A DNA stretch of 34,655 nucleotides from Nitrospirota bacterium. GTDB lineage: Bacteria > Nitrospirota > UBA9217. Shown in pieces: positions 1-9,356 of this stretch. The stretch lies in NCBI GenBank assembly GCA_963751455.1, contig CAVVUN010000010.1, positions 1 through 34,655 on the forward strand, in the 5' to 3' direction. The notes beneath the pieces are model-generated. The model did no database searches. It had not been told where the DNA came from and saw nothing but the letters and a program-made list of their open reading frames with translations. The stretch's first letter is position 1, and each line of letters begins with the position of its first letter. A program made the translations under genes and the position numbers.

Positions 1-182
1 TTGATAAATTCTACTTCGGGTGCAATGTCGGGGACCATACCGGCTATGCAATCGTGGATGTCAACAGCGAGAGCGAAGCTCGGGATCTGGTTCCCAGTTT
101 TTTAATCGGTAAAACGCGTATAATTGAAGTCGGACAATTTACTCCGGAAATGATCCGATCTGCTCACAGCAAGGCCGCATAG
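1..182 (+). CDS. C-terminal part of a small conserved hypothetical protein (5' truncated by window)
   Basis: Frame starting at base 3 is open: DKFYFGCNVGDHTGYAIVDVNSESEARDLVPSFLIGKTRIIEVGQFTPEMIRSAHSKAA*, TAG at 180-182, followed by a terminator-like hairpin. Absent from the ORF track because it has no start codon in the window. Confidence 0.7.
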   Translation, partial: DKFYFGCNVGDHTGYAIVDVNSESEARDLVPSFLIGKTRIIEVGQFTPEMIRSAHSKAA

Positions 183-219
183 TAAAAATATCAAGGTCGC
201 TTAAGTTAAATCGAGTCAC

Positions 220-259
220 GATCCGGGCCGGGTTTACACTCCCTGCCCGGATCTTTATT
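220..259 (+). terminator. Intrinsic terminator-like hairpin
   Basis: GATCCGGGC (220-228) pairs with GCCCGGATC (245-253), followed by TTTATT. Confidence 0.6.
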
Positions 260-507
260 GAATTCTGACGGTCCTATCTCAGATCCTTCAAGACCGGGAA
301 CAAGCTTTTCATAATATATTCCTCCTGCTTTGGTTGAAGTACCCGATAATTCGAGATTACTGCGGCCAAAAGCGCGACTGTTAATCAGGGCGGACAAGGG
401 ACGAGATCTGATGATTGACATAGGTCATGACGGGCAATAGAATTAAGTAAAATCAGTGTCCTGTGCGGGTCCTGATTCAGTCGGGCAAAAAACCGGAGGA
501 CATATTC

Positions 508-1650
508 ATGTTCGGCAGGCGCATCAGCCTCTTTAAAATTCTCGGCTTTGAAGTTCATATGGACCTGAGCTGGCTGATTGTTGCGCTGCTGGTGTCCTGG
601 TCGCTTGCAGAAGGGGTGTTCCCGTCTGCCTTTCACGACCTCTCGACGGCAAGTTATTGGTGGATGGGCGTCGGCGGGGCGATCGGGCTCTTTTTATCCA
701 TTGTTTTTCATGAGCTTTGCCACTCCCTGGTCGCAAGGCGGTACGGGCTTCCGATGAAGGGCATTACGCTATTTGTTTTCGGCGGAGTGGCTGAAATGAC
801 GGATGAACCATCGAGCCCAAAGGCGGAATTCCTGATGGCTGCCGCAGGGCCTCTGTCGAGCATACTTCTGGGACTGGTATTGTACATGATTGTTGCCGGA
901 CTGGACGGCGGCGCGTTGCCGCCTCAGGTCTCGGGCGTAGCGCAGTATCTTGCTTTCATCAACCTGATTCTTGCCGTTTTTAACCTGATGCCGGCCTTTC
1001 CTCTGGATGGAGGGAGGATTCTGCGGTCGGCGCTCTGGCAGTGGAAAAAAAACCTGCGTTGGGCGACGCGCATTGCTTCCGGCATCGGGTCCGCATTCGG
1101 AATACTCCTTATTGCGTTCGGTATTTTTAACGTGATCATGGGTCGCATCGTGAGCGGCATCTGGCAATTCATGATCGGCATGTTCCTGCGAAACGCAGCC
1201 CATATGTCATATCGCCAAGTGCTGATACGCAGGGCGCTGGAAGGAGAGACTGTTGGCCGCTTTATGAAGGCCGAGCCGGTTACATCTCCGTCCGGGATTT
1301 CGCTGCAGGAGCTTGTGGATAAATATATCTATGCGCACCATTTCAAAATGTATCCCGTTGTTGATGACGACGTGCTTGTCGGCTGCATTACCATGCGCCA
1401 GGTGAAGAACGTGCCTCAGGATCAGTGGAAGGAGCGCACCGTGAGGGAGGTCGCAAACCAGTGTTCTTTGGAAAACACGATCAGTCCGGGAGCGGATGCG
1501 CTCAAGGCTTTGGCCGTGATGAGCAGAACGGGCAATGGCCGTTTGATGGTCGTTGACGACGGGCGCCTGGTCGGCATTATAACGCTTAAGGACATCATGG
1601 GATTTCTTTCGGTAAAAATGGATCTGGGGGAGTATGAGAATAGCCGGTAA
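508..1650 (+). CDS. Site-2 protease (peptidase M50, SpoIVFB-like) with C-terminal CBS pair
   Basis: HELCH zinc motif, NLMPAFPLDGG motif, several TM segments, CBS-like C-terminus. GGAGG SD precedes ATG 508. Confidence 0.92.
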   Translation: MFGRRISLFKILGFEVHMDLSWLIVALLVSWSLAEGVFPSAFHDLSTASYWWMGVGGAIGLFLSIVFHELCHSLVARRYGLPMKGITLFVFGGVAEMTDEPSSPKAEFLMAAAGPLSSILLGLVLYMIVAGLDGGALPPQVSGVAQYLAFINLILAVFNLMPAFPLDGGRILRSALWQWKKNLRWATRIASGIGSAFGILLIAFGIFNVIMGRIVSGIWQFMIGMFLRNAAHMSYRQVLIRRALEGETVGRFMKAEPVTSPSGISLQELVDKYIYAHHFKMYPVVDDDVLVGCITMRQVKNVPQDQWKERTVREVANQCSLENTISPGADALKALAVMSRTGNGRLMVVDDGRLVGIITLKDIMGFLSVKMDLGEYENSR

Positions 1651-1866
1651 ATGCGGACTCGATACTTTCAGAACTTCCGTTTCAATTCAACCCACGCACC
1701 GCGAACCCCGACCTTATCGCCGTATTACCAACAGAAGCAATACCGCACAATTATTATGCAGGCTTCAGAAAACTACTGTATACTTTAAATCAGGACAAGT
1801 AAACTCTTGATTGACGGATGTTGGCAGATCCCTGCTTTGCCGTGCAGGTGGATGTATCGAAGAAAC

Positions 1867-2841
1867 TTACGCGAAGAATTGAAGAATATATTTGAGCGCC
1901 AGGGATACGAGCATGACCCCAAGAATCAACTTAATGAATTTCTGAGGCATGTATTTTTGGAGGCGTGCTCCGAGATACATCCCGGCAAAGCCGCCGAGGC
2001 CGAAAAGAAACCCCAGTGCCCAGTCCGGCGCGGTGGAGATTCCGGCTGTTGCGGGCAGAACGCTGTAAAAGAAGACGCCGACGATTGAAGTGAGAAACGT
2101 GCCGAGGAGGGCAGCGCCGGCCACGGTATACACGGGCAGTTGAAAAACGGCCACGCAGAACGGCGCAATGATAGCGCCCCCCCCGATTCCATATGTTCCG
2201 CCGATAACGCCCACGACCAGGGCGAGGAGGAACATTGCAGGCACGCCGAAGCTGAAGCGCTCGCCCCAGAATTCATATTCGATTCTTCCGGCGTTGAACG
2301 CTATGGTTTTGACTACCGCATCCGGGGGCAGACCTGCGGCTGCCCGGGAGCGCTGTTGTTCCCTGATGAGTTTGGTCCGTTCGGCGAATTTTTTGTCCAG
2401 ATCGCTCACTATTGTCTTGCTGATGAGTGCCCGACCTGTCAGCTCATACAGCAGTCTGCCGCCAATATAGAGAAGGACCAGCCCCACAAAGAACTTGAAC
2501 GCTCGCGGGTCAGGAAGGTACAGGATGCGGAGATAATAGCCCATAAAAACACCCGGCAGGGTGCCGACGATGATCACCCAGGTAAGCGGCCAGGCCATCC
2601 GGCCTTCCTTGAAATAGCGGTATACGCCGCTGGGGATAGCAACGATATTGTACACAAAATTGGTTGAGCTGACAGCGGGGCTGGTAAAACCGAGGACGCT
2701 CATCTGAAAGGGCAGGAGGATAAATGCTCCTGATACGCCGGCCATCGAGGTAAATGTGGAGACGACGAACGCTACGAGCGGCGGAACAAAGACCCATGTT
2801 TTTACGCCTGAAACCGGAAAGAGCGCGTACAGAAGATCCAT
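1867..2841 (-). CDS. Sulfite exporter TauE/SafE (TSUP) family membrane protein
   Basis: Two repeats with GVSGAFILLP and GIGGGAIIAP motifs, about 8 TM helices, internal soluble loop. Start taken as ATG 2841, just downstream of a promoter. Confidence 0.88.
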   Translation of the reverse strand: MDLLYALFPVSGVKTWVFVPPLVAFVVSTFTSMAGVSGAFILLPFQMSVLGFTSPAVSSTNFVYNIVAIPSGVYRYFKEGRMAWPLTWVIIVGTLPGVFMGYYLRILYLPDPRAFKFFVGLVLLYIGGRLLYELTGRALISKTIVSDLDKKFAERTKLIREQQRSRAAAGLPPDAVVKTIAFNAGRIEYEFWGERFSFGVPAMFLLALVVGVIGGTYGIGGGAIIAPFCVAVFQLPVYTVAGAALLGTFLTSIVGVFFYSVLPATAGISTAPDWALGFLFGLGGFAGMYLGARLQKYMPQKFIKLILGVMLVSLALKYILQFFA

Positions 2842-2849
2842 GAGTCGGC

Positions 2850-2877
2850 AGTATAGCATAAAAATTGAGCAGGTCAA
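2850..2877 (-). promoter_or_regulatory. Sigma70 promoter of the TSUP gene (probably leaderless)
   Basis: TTGACC-N16-TATACT with extended -10 TG; ATG 8 nt downstream; no SD. Confidence 0.6.
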
Positions 2878-3005
2878 TGAAGAAAAGCGCTTTTTTCAGT
2901 CGGTTCTTGTTCCATGCGGCACCGAATGAGGGCGCGCGAAATATTTTTTATTGTGATTTAAATTACAGTTTACAGGTGAAAGAAGATTACAATTATAATT
3001 ACTGT

Positions 3006-3033
3006 TTGACGCAATGTATGATTTTGCTATAAT
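3006..3033 (+). promoter_or_regulatory. Sigma70 promoter of the rpoD-like gene
   Basis: TTGACG (3006-3011)-N16-TATAAT (3028-3033) with extended -10 TGn. Confidence 0.7.
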
Positions 3034-3066
3034 CTAAGCAGAGCGATAATAGAAAGGTAGGAATGG

Positions 3067-4416
3067 ATGGGTAAGATGGCATCATCTGAAGATAAAAACA
3101 TACCGGAGGGAGTGCCTGAGGACGTACTTGAGGAACTGGCGGATGACCTTGACGAGGACCACGAAGAAGAACCGTCTTTTGTAGAAGTTGTCGAGGCAGT
3201 CGAAGAAGTGGGCGGCGCCGACCTGGTTGACACCTACCTGAAGACCGTCGGTAAATTTCCCATGCTCAAAATCGAGAAGGAGCAGGAATATGTTCGCATT
3301 CTTGAAGACGGAAAGGCAGAGCTCAAAAAGATCGCTTTGGGATCGCCGCTTGCCATTCCGCGGATACTCGCGCTGGGCGCTAATATCAAGCAAGGCCTGG
3401 TAAAGGCCCAGGACGTGCTTCGGTTCCCCGGAGAATGGAAGGATCCGTATGAAACCGAGTTCATGCGCCTGTATAACCGTTTGAAGCGGCAGGTTGCCCG
3501 CCGCGACATGGAACGGGCCACCGTTACTCTTAACGAAATGAGCCTCTCGTTTCGAGAGATCGAAAAGATGCTGAAGCGGATTCTCTTCATCGGCAAGCAG
3601 GTGGAGCGAGGCATTCCCGGAGAGATGGAAAAGCTCGGCCTCGACGAGTCTGCGCTGCGCGACATGGTAGCCCGCATCGAGCATGCAGACGTAAATGTCA
3701 AAATAGCCAAGGATGAGTTGATCAAAGCCAATCTCCGGCTTGTAGTATCCATAGCGAAAAAATACGTCAACCGCGGTTTGACGCTGCTTGATCTCATCCA
3801 GGAAGGCAACATCGGCCTTATGAAGGCCGCAGACCGCTACGAATCCGGAAAAGGGACAAAGTTCAGCACGTATTCGACCTGGTGGATCAGGCAGCGTATT
3901 ACCCGCGCCATCCTGGACCAGGCGCGCACCATCCGGCTCCCGGTCCATCTGATCGAGGAAAGCACCCGGATCAGCAGGATTTATACAAAATTCATGCGTG
4001 AGAAGGGAAGGGAGCCGTCGCCCGAAGAGATCGCGAAGATCATGGGGCTTTCGGTGACTCGTGTAACGGAAATCCTGCGCGCCATCCAGGAGCCTGTTTC
4101 TCTGGAGACACCAATCCTGTCCGAGGAGAAAGAGCTGAAAGATGTCATCGTTGATGAAAAGTCGATATCTCCTTTCAAGACCCTGGAGAACAGCGAGGCC
4201 GCAAACCGCATAGAAGAAGTGCTCTCATCACTTTCCGAGCGGGAAGAGAAAATAATCCGCATGCGGTTCGGCATAGGGATAGGGACCGAGCATACGCTCG
4301 AAGAAGTGGGAAAGTTCTTCAATCTGACCAGGGAACGGATCAGGCAGATCGAGATCAAAGCTCTGAAAAAATTGCGCCATCCGGCGCGAAGCAGGCTTCT
4401 GAGGGAATACGTGTAA
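3067..4416 (+). CDS. rpoD: RNA polymerase sigma-70 factor, RpoD/SigA-like (possibly a paralog)
   Basis: Region 1.2 ([11 protein letters not shown]), region 2 ([38 protein letters not shown]), region 3 (EPVSLETP), region 4 ([20 protein letters not shown]). Short acidic N-terminus. Confidence 0.88.
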   Translation: MGKMASSEDKNIPEGVPEDVLEELADDLDEDHEEEPSFVEVVEAVEEVGGADLVDTYLKTVGKFPMLKIEKEQEYVRILEDGKAELKKIALGSPLAIPRILALGANIKQGLVKAQDVLRFPGEWKDPYETEFMRLYNRLKRQVARRDMERATVTLNEMSLSFREIEKMLKRILFIGKQVERGIPGEMEKLGLDESALRDMVARIEHADVNVKIAKDELIKANLRLVVSIAKKYVNRGLTLLDLIQEGNIGLMKAADRYESGKGTKFSTYSTWWIRQRITRAILDQARTIRLPVHLIEESTRISRIYTKFMREKGREPSPEEIAKIMGLSVTRVTEILRAIQEPVSLETPILSEEKELKDVIVDEKSISPFKTLENSEAANRIEEVLSSLSEREEKIIRMRFGIGIGTEHTLEEVGKFFNLTRERIRQIEIKALKKLRHPARSRLLREYV

Positions 4417-4434
4417 AAAAAGAGTCGGGGAGGG

Positions 4435-4512
4435 GCAAAAGAGACGTGTCTTTTGGGCGGTGAGCCGGTTTCAACGGCGTTTCACCTGCCTAAAATGACA
4501 CGTTTTTTTTGT
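4435..4512 (+). terminator. Long hairpin between convergent genes (terminator or 3'UTR structure)
   Basis: GCAAAAGAGACGTGTC-TTTTGGGC-GGTGA-GCCG pairs with CGGC-TCACC-GCCTAAAA-GACACGTTTTTTTTGT; ends in a T-tract. Confidence 0.6.
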
Positions 4513-4959
4513 CTAATCGTTCGTATTCGGTATAAATTCGATATCAGAGACAATACGGGAGGCTTCATCAAGGGAAGGATGATCGTTTTCCGGGTTGCAC
4601 ACGTAGGCGGCCATCAGCGCTCTTGTCCGGTCCACCAGGAACCATACCCTCCAGTGGGTGGGTTCATTCTTTTCCCGGTATGTATAGTCCAGGGTTGCTA
4701 TACTCATGGGACCCTGTTCCTCCACCTTGACCGCTTCACGGGGAAACGGAATATCCCGCTCTTCCAGCGTATCTTCAAGAAGTATTCTAGCCGCTTTTGC
4801 GGGCGGCGTTTTTGTCTCTTCTCGCTCAATAAATGAAAGCTGCAGCATTCCAGGCCAGCCGTTCTTCTCGAGAAGCACAAATCCCATCTCCTCGCGTTCG
4901 CTCCATCCATCAGGCAGGAAAAGATTGATCCATCTTTCATATGTGACTTTTTTACCCAT
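4513..4959 (-). CDS. Hypothetical protein (PsbP/DUF3805-like pattern)
   Basis: N-terminal LFLPDGWSE, then GMLQLS and HWRVWF. Promoter TTGACT-N17-TACAAT lies 8 nt upstream of ATG 4959. Family call is by resemblance only. Confidence 0.65.
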   Translation of the reverse strand: MGKKVTYERWINLFLPDGWSEREEMGFVLLEKNGWPGMLQLSFIEREETKTPPAKAARILLEDTLEERDIPFPREAVKVEEQGPMSIATLDYTYREKNEPTHWRVWFLVDRTRALMAAYVCNPENDHPSLDEASRIVSDIEFIPNTND

Positions 4960-4967
4960 AGTAAGAG

Positions 4968-4996
4968 ATTGTATATGAGTCACGAGAAGCAGTCAA
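4968..4996 (-). promoter_or_regulatory. Sigma70 promoter (probably leaderless)
   Basis: TTGACT (4996-4991)-N17-TACAAT (4973-4968). Confidence 0.6.
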
Positions 4997-5186
4997 ATGA
5001 GTTTCATAAATAGGGTTTAAAGAACTGTTTATATGTCCCTTGATTCCCGTCTCCTGGTTCAAGGAGATGGTAGGTAAAGGGTCTATGTGTCTTCTTGATT
5101 CCGATCCTTGATTCCCCTCTTTCGCCTCTCAAAAGGTAGGTACGACAACGAGTCTACGAGTTACTCCTGCTTCTCAAGGGTCGAAT

Positions 5187-5714
5187 TCAAATGTATTGTA
5201 ACTGCTCCAATTTGCCTATAATTCGGGCAACCCCTGTTTCCGGCCCGGCCTCTCCGTTTACTATAATCTCCGGATTAACAGGGGGTTCATACGGTATCTG
5301 GATCCCTGGCACTGTTGCGGCCCGGCCGGAGACGGCGCTGGCATAAATCCCTTTTGGGTCGCGGCTTCTGCAGATATCAAGCGGGCAGTCGACATAGACT
5401 TCAAGGAACCTGGAGATAAGGGCACGGGCATGGTCACGGTACGCTCGTTTGCCGGCTGTCGCATCGAAGATCACATTGACCCCGCTCGCAGTGATCCGTT
5501 CACCGATCAATACCAGTGCCCAATAAAACCGGTACCTCTCTTCCAGACTGTATGTCGGTTCCGGTGTAAGGATCTTTCTCATCTCGTCCGATTCCAGCGG
5601 AACGACAGGAACATCCAGTTCGTTCAAGCGCTTTACAAGCTCACGGGTAATGGTGCTTTTGCCGGACGCAGGAAGCCCGGTTATCCAGACTGCAAATCCT
5701 TCTTGTCTGTTCAT
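5187..5714 (-). CDS. cysC: Adenylyl-sulfate (APS) kinase-like P-loop kinase
   Basis: WITGLPASGKST Walker A, RDPKGIY and YEPPVNPE motifs. Has LESD where CysC has LDGD. Start overlaps the upstream stop (ATGA). Confidence 0.75.
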   Translation of the reverse strand: MNRQEGFAVWITGLPASGKSTITRELVKRLNELDVPVVPLESDEMRKILTPEPTYSLEERYRFYWALVLIGERITASGVNVIFDATAGKRAYRDHARALISRFLEVYVDCPLDICRSRDPKGIYASAVSGRAATVPGIQIPYEPPVNPEIIVNGEAGPETGVARIIGKLEQLQYI

Positions 5715-6784
5715 GTCAGGTATCTTCTGATGTCTCCGGGATCGAACCGGTCTGTCCCGAGCACATTTTCGATAAAATGGAATATGGTTTTCCGCACGTC
5801 CAGGGACAGGTTGGGATACCAGGCGGGGCTGGCGATTACCAGGCCGCGCCAGGCGTAGAAAGGCGCAATTACCTCAAGCATCTCGCGGTCTCCAGTGCCG
5901 GCAAGATAGTTTTCCCAGAACAGGTGATAGAGTTTCTCGAAATCGCCTTTAAAAGCGCCGGACTGCTGCAGCGAAAAAAAGATAAAATTGATTGTCATTG
6001 TAGCTACATCGTCTGCGGCCTCGCCCCATTCCCCCCTGGAGCGGTCGAGCACCGTGAAATCGGCGCCGCTGCGAAACAGGATATTCCATGGATGGAAGTC
6101 GCCGTGGACGCGGCAGAGCCGGTGTGATCGTTTTTTTATGCGCCAGCGCCATTCGACGCACGTGGTTTCGATTCGCTTCAGGAGGACCTGGCCGATAGAT
6201 TCAACTTTTGGGTAATTGTCGATAATTCCCATGATGCATTCGCCGTGGCCAAGGAGTTCGCGAATTCGACGGGCATACAGGTCGGGAGAATCATGCTTGT
6301 CCTGGTGCACGTTCACCAGATAGTCCGAAAGTGCGGCCGTCCTCTTGAAGTCAATCTCAGTTGCCGGTGTTCCGTCCCTTATGCGTTCGAGGTCCTTGAA
6401 ATAACCGGTACCCTCCACGAACTCCGAAAGAAGAAAAAACTCCCGAGCCTTGCCGGTTGAGATCATTCTCCCGGAGTCCAGAAAGGCTCCACTGTCGATT
6501 GAGCGCACGTGGCGGACCAGGCTGTTAAAGGCCGAGTGCTCCCAGAGAATGGTTTGTGCTCTGTCCGAGAAATGGTCGTGTCCATAGAAGGAAGGCGCAA
6601 TGGTTTCGAGCACCGCCTTCTTCCGTTCCCCCAGAACTTCGTATTCGATAAAAAGAGGCGAGCCGTACCCGTAGCCCTTGAGGTCGTCGCCTTCTTCCTG
6701 GGCGCCGTGCCTTGAAACTGAAAGCACGCGTACCTGGGTTTTGTACAGGGACTGCAGATACTCGGTAAGCGAATCAAGCTCCAT
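5711..6784 (-). CDS. Aminoglycoside phosphotransferase (APH)/choline kinase-fold protein
   Basis: Brenner motif HGDFHPWNILF followed by VLDRSRG. GAGGAG SD upstream. Confidence 0.85.
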   Translation of the reverse strand: MELDSLTEYLQSLYKTQVRVLSVSRHGAQEEGDDLKGYGYGSPLFIEYEVLGERKKAVLETIAPSFYGHDHFSDRAQTILWEHSAFNSLVRHVRSIDSGAFLDSGRMISTGKAREFFLLSEFVEGTGYFKDLERIRDGTPATEIDFKRTAALSDYLVNVHQDKHDSPDLYARRIRELLGHGECIMGIIDNYPKVESIGQVLLKRIETTCVEWRWRIKKRSHRLCRVHGDFHPWNILFRSGADFTVLDRSRGEWGEAADDVATMTINFIFFSLQQSGAFKGDFEKLYHLFWENYLAGTGDREMLEVIAPFYAWRGLVIASPAWYPNLSLDVRKTIFHFIENVLGTDRFDPGDIRRYLT

Positions 6785-6964
6785 GTGCGACGTTGTCTCC
6801 TCGTAACTGCGGAACCTTCGCAGTTCGTTTCGCTTAAGGCGTGCTGCTTAGGCGTATTCGTCGTGAATTGATATTAAGATACGATACTGCTTAAATTGTA
6901 GCATGATTCGAAAGGAAATAAAGGGAGTTTACAATAGGGCAAGAATCAGGAAGAAGCGGGCGCC

Positions 6965-7963
6965 TTAATTATCCGCCCCGACGCGCCGTAACCCGGAAGA
7001 TTTAATCGGAAGGGGTTCTCCCGGATCGAAAATCTCGTCACCGTACCTGATCCGGTATGTTCGCCCGGAAACCTGTTTACTGTAGGTTATCATGAGCCGC
7101 CCGACGGTCTGTTTAACATCCTGTGTGGCGGCCCCGTTGAGGAGGGCAACAGGACCGGGAAAACCGTCAGGGGTAAAGAGATGGTAGTCGTGGGAAGCCA
7201 GCGACATGAGCATGTTGTTTTCGCTGTTATTGCGGCCAATCACAATCTTTACCCCTTTATCGAAACGGTAATGGCGACCGACCGTAAGCAGGCGGATATC
7301 ATTAAGGTTGACATCCTGTTTATCCTCGAAAAGATCGCGCAATTTTTCCGAGAAATTTTTGTCTGTAAGCAGGCAGCCGCCTGCAGGCGTGGAGAAGTCT
7401 TTTATGCCGTAGCGGGCCGCAAGCTGAAGCTGGACCGTTCTTGACCGCCCGCTTATCGCGAGCAGATTCTGCCGCCGTATCAGGCCGTCCTGCTCAGCAG
7501 CGGTCGCCGGCAGCAGAGCGGCGGAGAGTGGGCGAAGGATGAGCCCTTTCATGCCGGCGTCGCGTTCGATCACGTTCAAGGTATCACGACGCTGTGACAT
7601 GGGACGCTGGCCCAGCACCTCGCCGGTCACGACGAAGGAGGCATTTACTTCATGCATGATGGCCTTCGCGTGTTTCAGCATGAAGATCTTGCAATCGATA
7701 CAGGGATTTATGTTTTTCCCGTAGCCATGCACAGGATTGCGGACCAGGTCTATGTACGCCTGTCCCATATCGATGATGCGGAGGTCTATGCCGATCGATT
7801 TGGAAACCGTCGCTGCATGCGTCCCGGTTTCACGACCGTAGCTCTTGGAAAAAGCGGACGTAAAGTAGAGCCCGGAAACATCAAGGCCCTGTTCCATAAC
7901 CAGCTTTGCCGCCAGCACACTGTCAAGACCGCCCGATATCAGGGCGATTGCCTTTCTGCTCAC
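6965..7963 (-). CDS. PP-loop tRNA thiolase-like protein (ThiI/MnmA-like) with a DUF814/NFACT-R-like C-terminus
   Basis: SGGLDS PP-loop, NPCIDC, GEVLGQRPMSQ, PAGGCLLTD, GRHYRF..IGRN. GGAGG SD before GTG 7963. Confidence 0.8.
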   Translation of the reverse strand: MSRKAIALISGGLDSVLAAKLVMEQGLDVSGLYFTSAFSKSYGRETGTHAATVSKSIGIDLRIIDMGQAYIDLVRNPVHGYGKNINPCIDCKIFMLKHAKAIMHEVNASFVVTGEVLGQRPMSQRRDTLNVIERDAGMKGLILRPLSAALLPATAAEQDGLIRRQNLLAISGRSRTVQLQLAARYGIKDFSTPAGGCLLTDKNFSEKLRDLFEDKQDVNLNDIRLLTVGRHYRFDKGVKIVIGRNNSENNMLMSLASHDYHLFTPDGFPGPVALLNGAATQDVKQTVGRLMITYSKQVSGRTYRIRYGDEIFDPGEPLPIKSSGLRRVGADN

Positions 7964-8151
7964 AGCTGCCTCCGTGCTACGGATATTTAAACACAGCATT
8001 ATAAATCTCCGGAGCCTGTTTTGGCAAGAGATAAGAACGTATCCCGATTATTTACGCTTTTTTGGAAAAAGGAGGGAATGACGATCTGATCGTCAACAGG
8101 GGGCAGTAATGGGGCGAGCCCTGTTCATCCTCTGCAGGCCAGGACGGGTTC

Positions 8152-8817
8152 TCAATCAGTTTTTATCAACTTCCGGGCGGTCATATCCGCGCATCTCAGC
8201 GGTTCAGGTATTCGATAGTTGCCGGTACATCCGTTTATTATTTTTATCGCACTGCTCAAATCAATTTTATGTCCGGGCGATATGAACAAGGGCTTGACAG
8301 CATCCCTGGTTCGTAAGACAACGCCGACCACACTGCCCTGAAAATTCAAAGAAGACCAACAGCCTTTGCGGCTGCCCGGTTCCTCGAATGCGCCGATCAA
8401 CCTCGTTTTCGCGCACCCGATGGCCGGAATGTCGAGCAGAACGCCGAGATGGGATGCGCTGCCGATTCCCCGGGGATGGGCAGTTCCGTGGCCATCTATG
8501 AGAAGTACGTCCGGTTTTTTCTTTAATTTGTAAATTGCCGCAATCATGGCGGGCCCTTCCCGGAAGAGGAGGTACCCCGGAACATACGGAAAAATCGCTT
8601 TCGATACAGCGGTTTGCTGTTCAATCAGTTGAAGGTCCGGATAACTATAAAGGCAGACTGCTGCAAAAATATTATCTTCAGAAAAGGCAGCATCCACGCC
8701 TGCGACTGATTCTGGTACTTTTTCGAGGCGCACGATCCGTACGCTGCCGAGGTGAACCCGTTGAAGAAGGTTTGCTTCTTTAACGGTCGTTGGCCATTTG
8801 ATATCCGTCTGTCTCAT
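8152..8817 (-). CDS. nfi: Endonuclease V (deoxyinosine 3' endonuclease)
   Basis: AGVDAAF, FPYVPGYLLFRE wedge motif, DGHGTAHPRGIG, IGCAKTRL, PLFISPGH, RIPEPLR. Confidence 0.93.
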   Translation of the reverse strand: MRQTDIKWPTTVKEANLLQRVHLGSVRIVRLEKVPESVAGVDAAFSEDNIFAAVCLYSYPDLQLIEQQTAVSKAIFPYVPGYLLFREGPAMIAAIYKLKKKPDVLLIDGHGTAHPRGIGSASHLGVLLDIPAIGCAKTRLIGAFEEPGSRKGCWSSLNFQGSVVGVVLRTRDAVKPLFISPGHKIDLSSAIKIINGCTGNYRIPEPLRCADMTARKLIKTD

Positions 8818-8877
8818 CGTTTCAGATATAATTATACTATGTACACACAGGGATTCAATTGACGAAGGAGTGATTCC

Positions 8878-9344
8878 ATGCTGCTCTATCTCGTTCAGCA
8901 CGGTGAAGCCAGGAAGGAGAACAGGAAGATCCCAATCGCGGTTTGACAGATAAGGGAATAAAGGATGTCCAAAAAATTGCGGCCTGTCTCATGAATATGA
9001 GAATTCGGGTGAACGAAATATATCACAGCGCCAAGCCGAGAGCGCAGCAGACCGCTGCTATATTGGCGCAGCATCTTAAACCGGAGAAAGGAATCGACCA
9101 GGCCGATAATCTGCTGCCCATGGACGATCCTGGACTTTGGGCGATGCGTCTAGCGGGCATGGATGAGGATATAATGGTGGTGGGGCATCTGCCGTATATG
9201 GCGAAGCTGGCAGGCCTTCTTCTGTGCGGCGACCAGGGAAAGATTATTCTTGATTTCAAGCAGGGAGGTATAGTGTGTCTGAAGCGATTTGAAGGCGGAC
9301 AATGGATGCTTGAATGGATAATAATGCCGGACCTGATAAAATGA
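8878..9344 (+). CDS. sixA: Phosphohistidine phosphatase SixA (frameshift near 8915-8922)
   Basis: AAGGAG SD, then ATG 8878 MLLYLVQHGEARK. The frame shifts into EDPNRGLTDKG...HSAKPRAQQTA...VVGHLP. Removing 2 nt restores QHGEARKEQEDP. Confidence 0.82.
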
Positions 9345-9356
9345 TGCGTTACCGTA

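Noticed and set aside
206-421. 71-aa minus-strand ORF
   Set aside because: No SD at its start, it runs through a terminator hairpin, and the internal SD-ATG is in another frame.
1651-1866. Intergenic region as a possible ncRNA
   Set aside because: No convincing stem-loops or known RNA motif seen.
5711-6784. Aminoglycoside resistance gene
   Set aside because: Only the generic APH-fold motif is present; it is longer than resistance APHs and has no mobile context.
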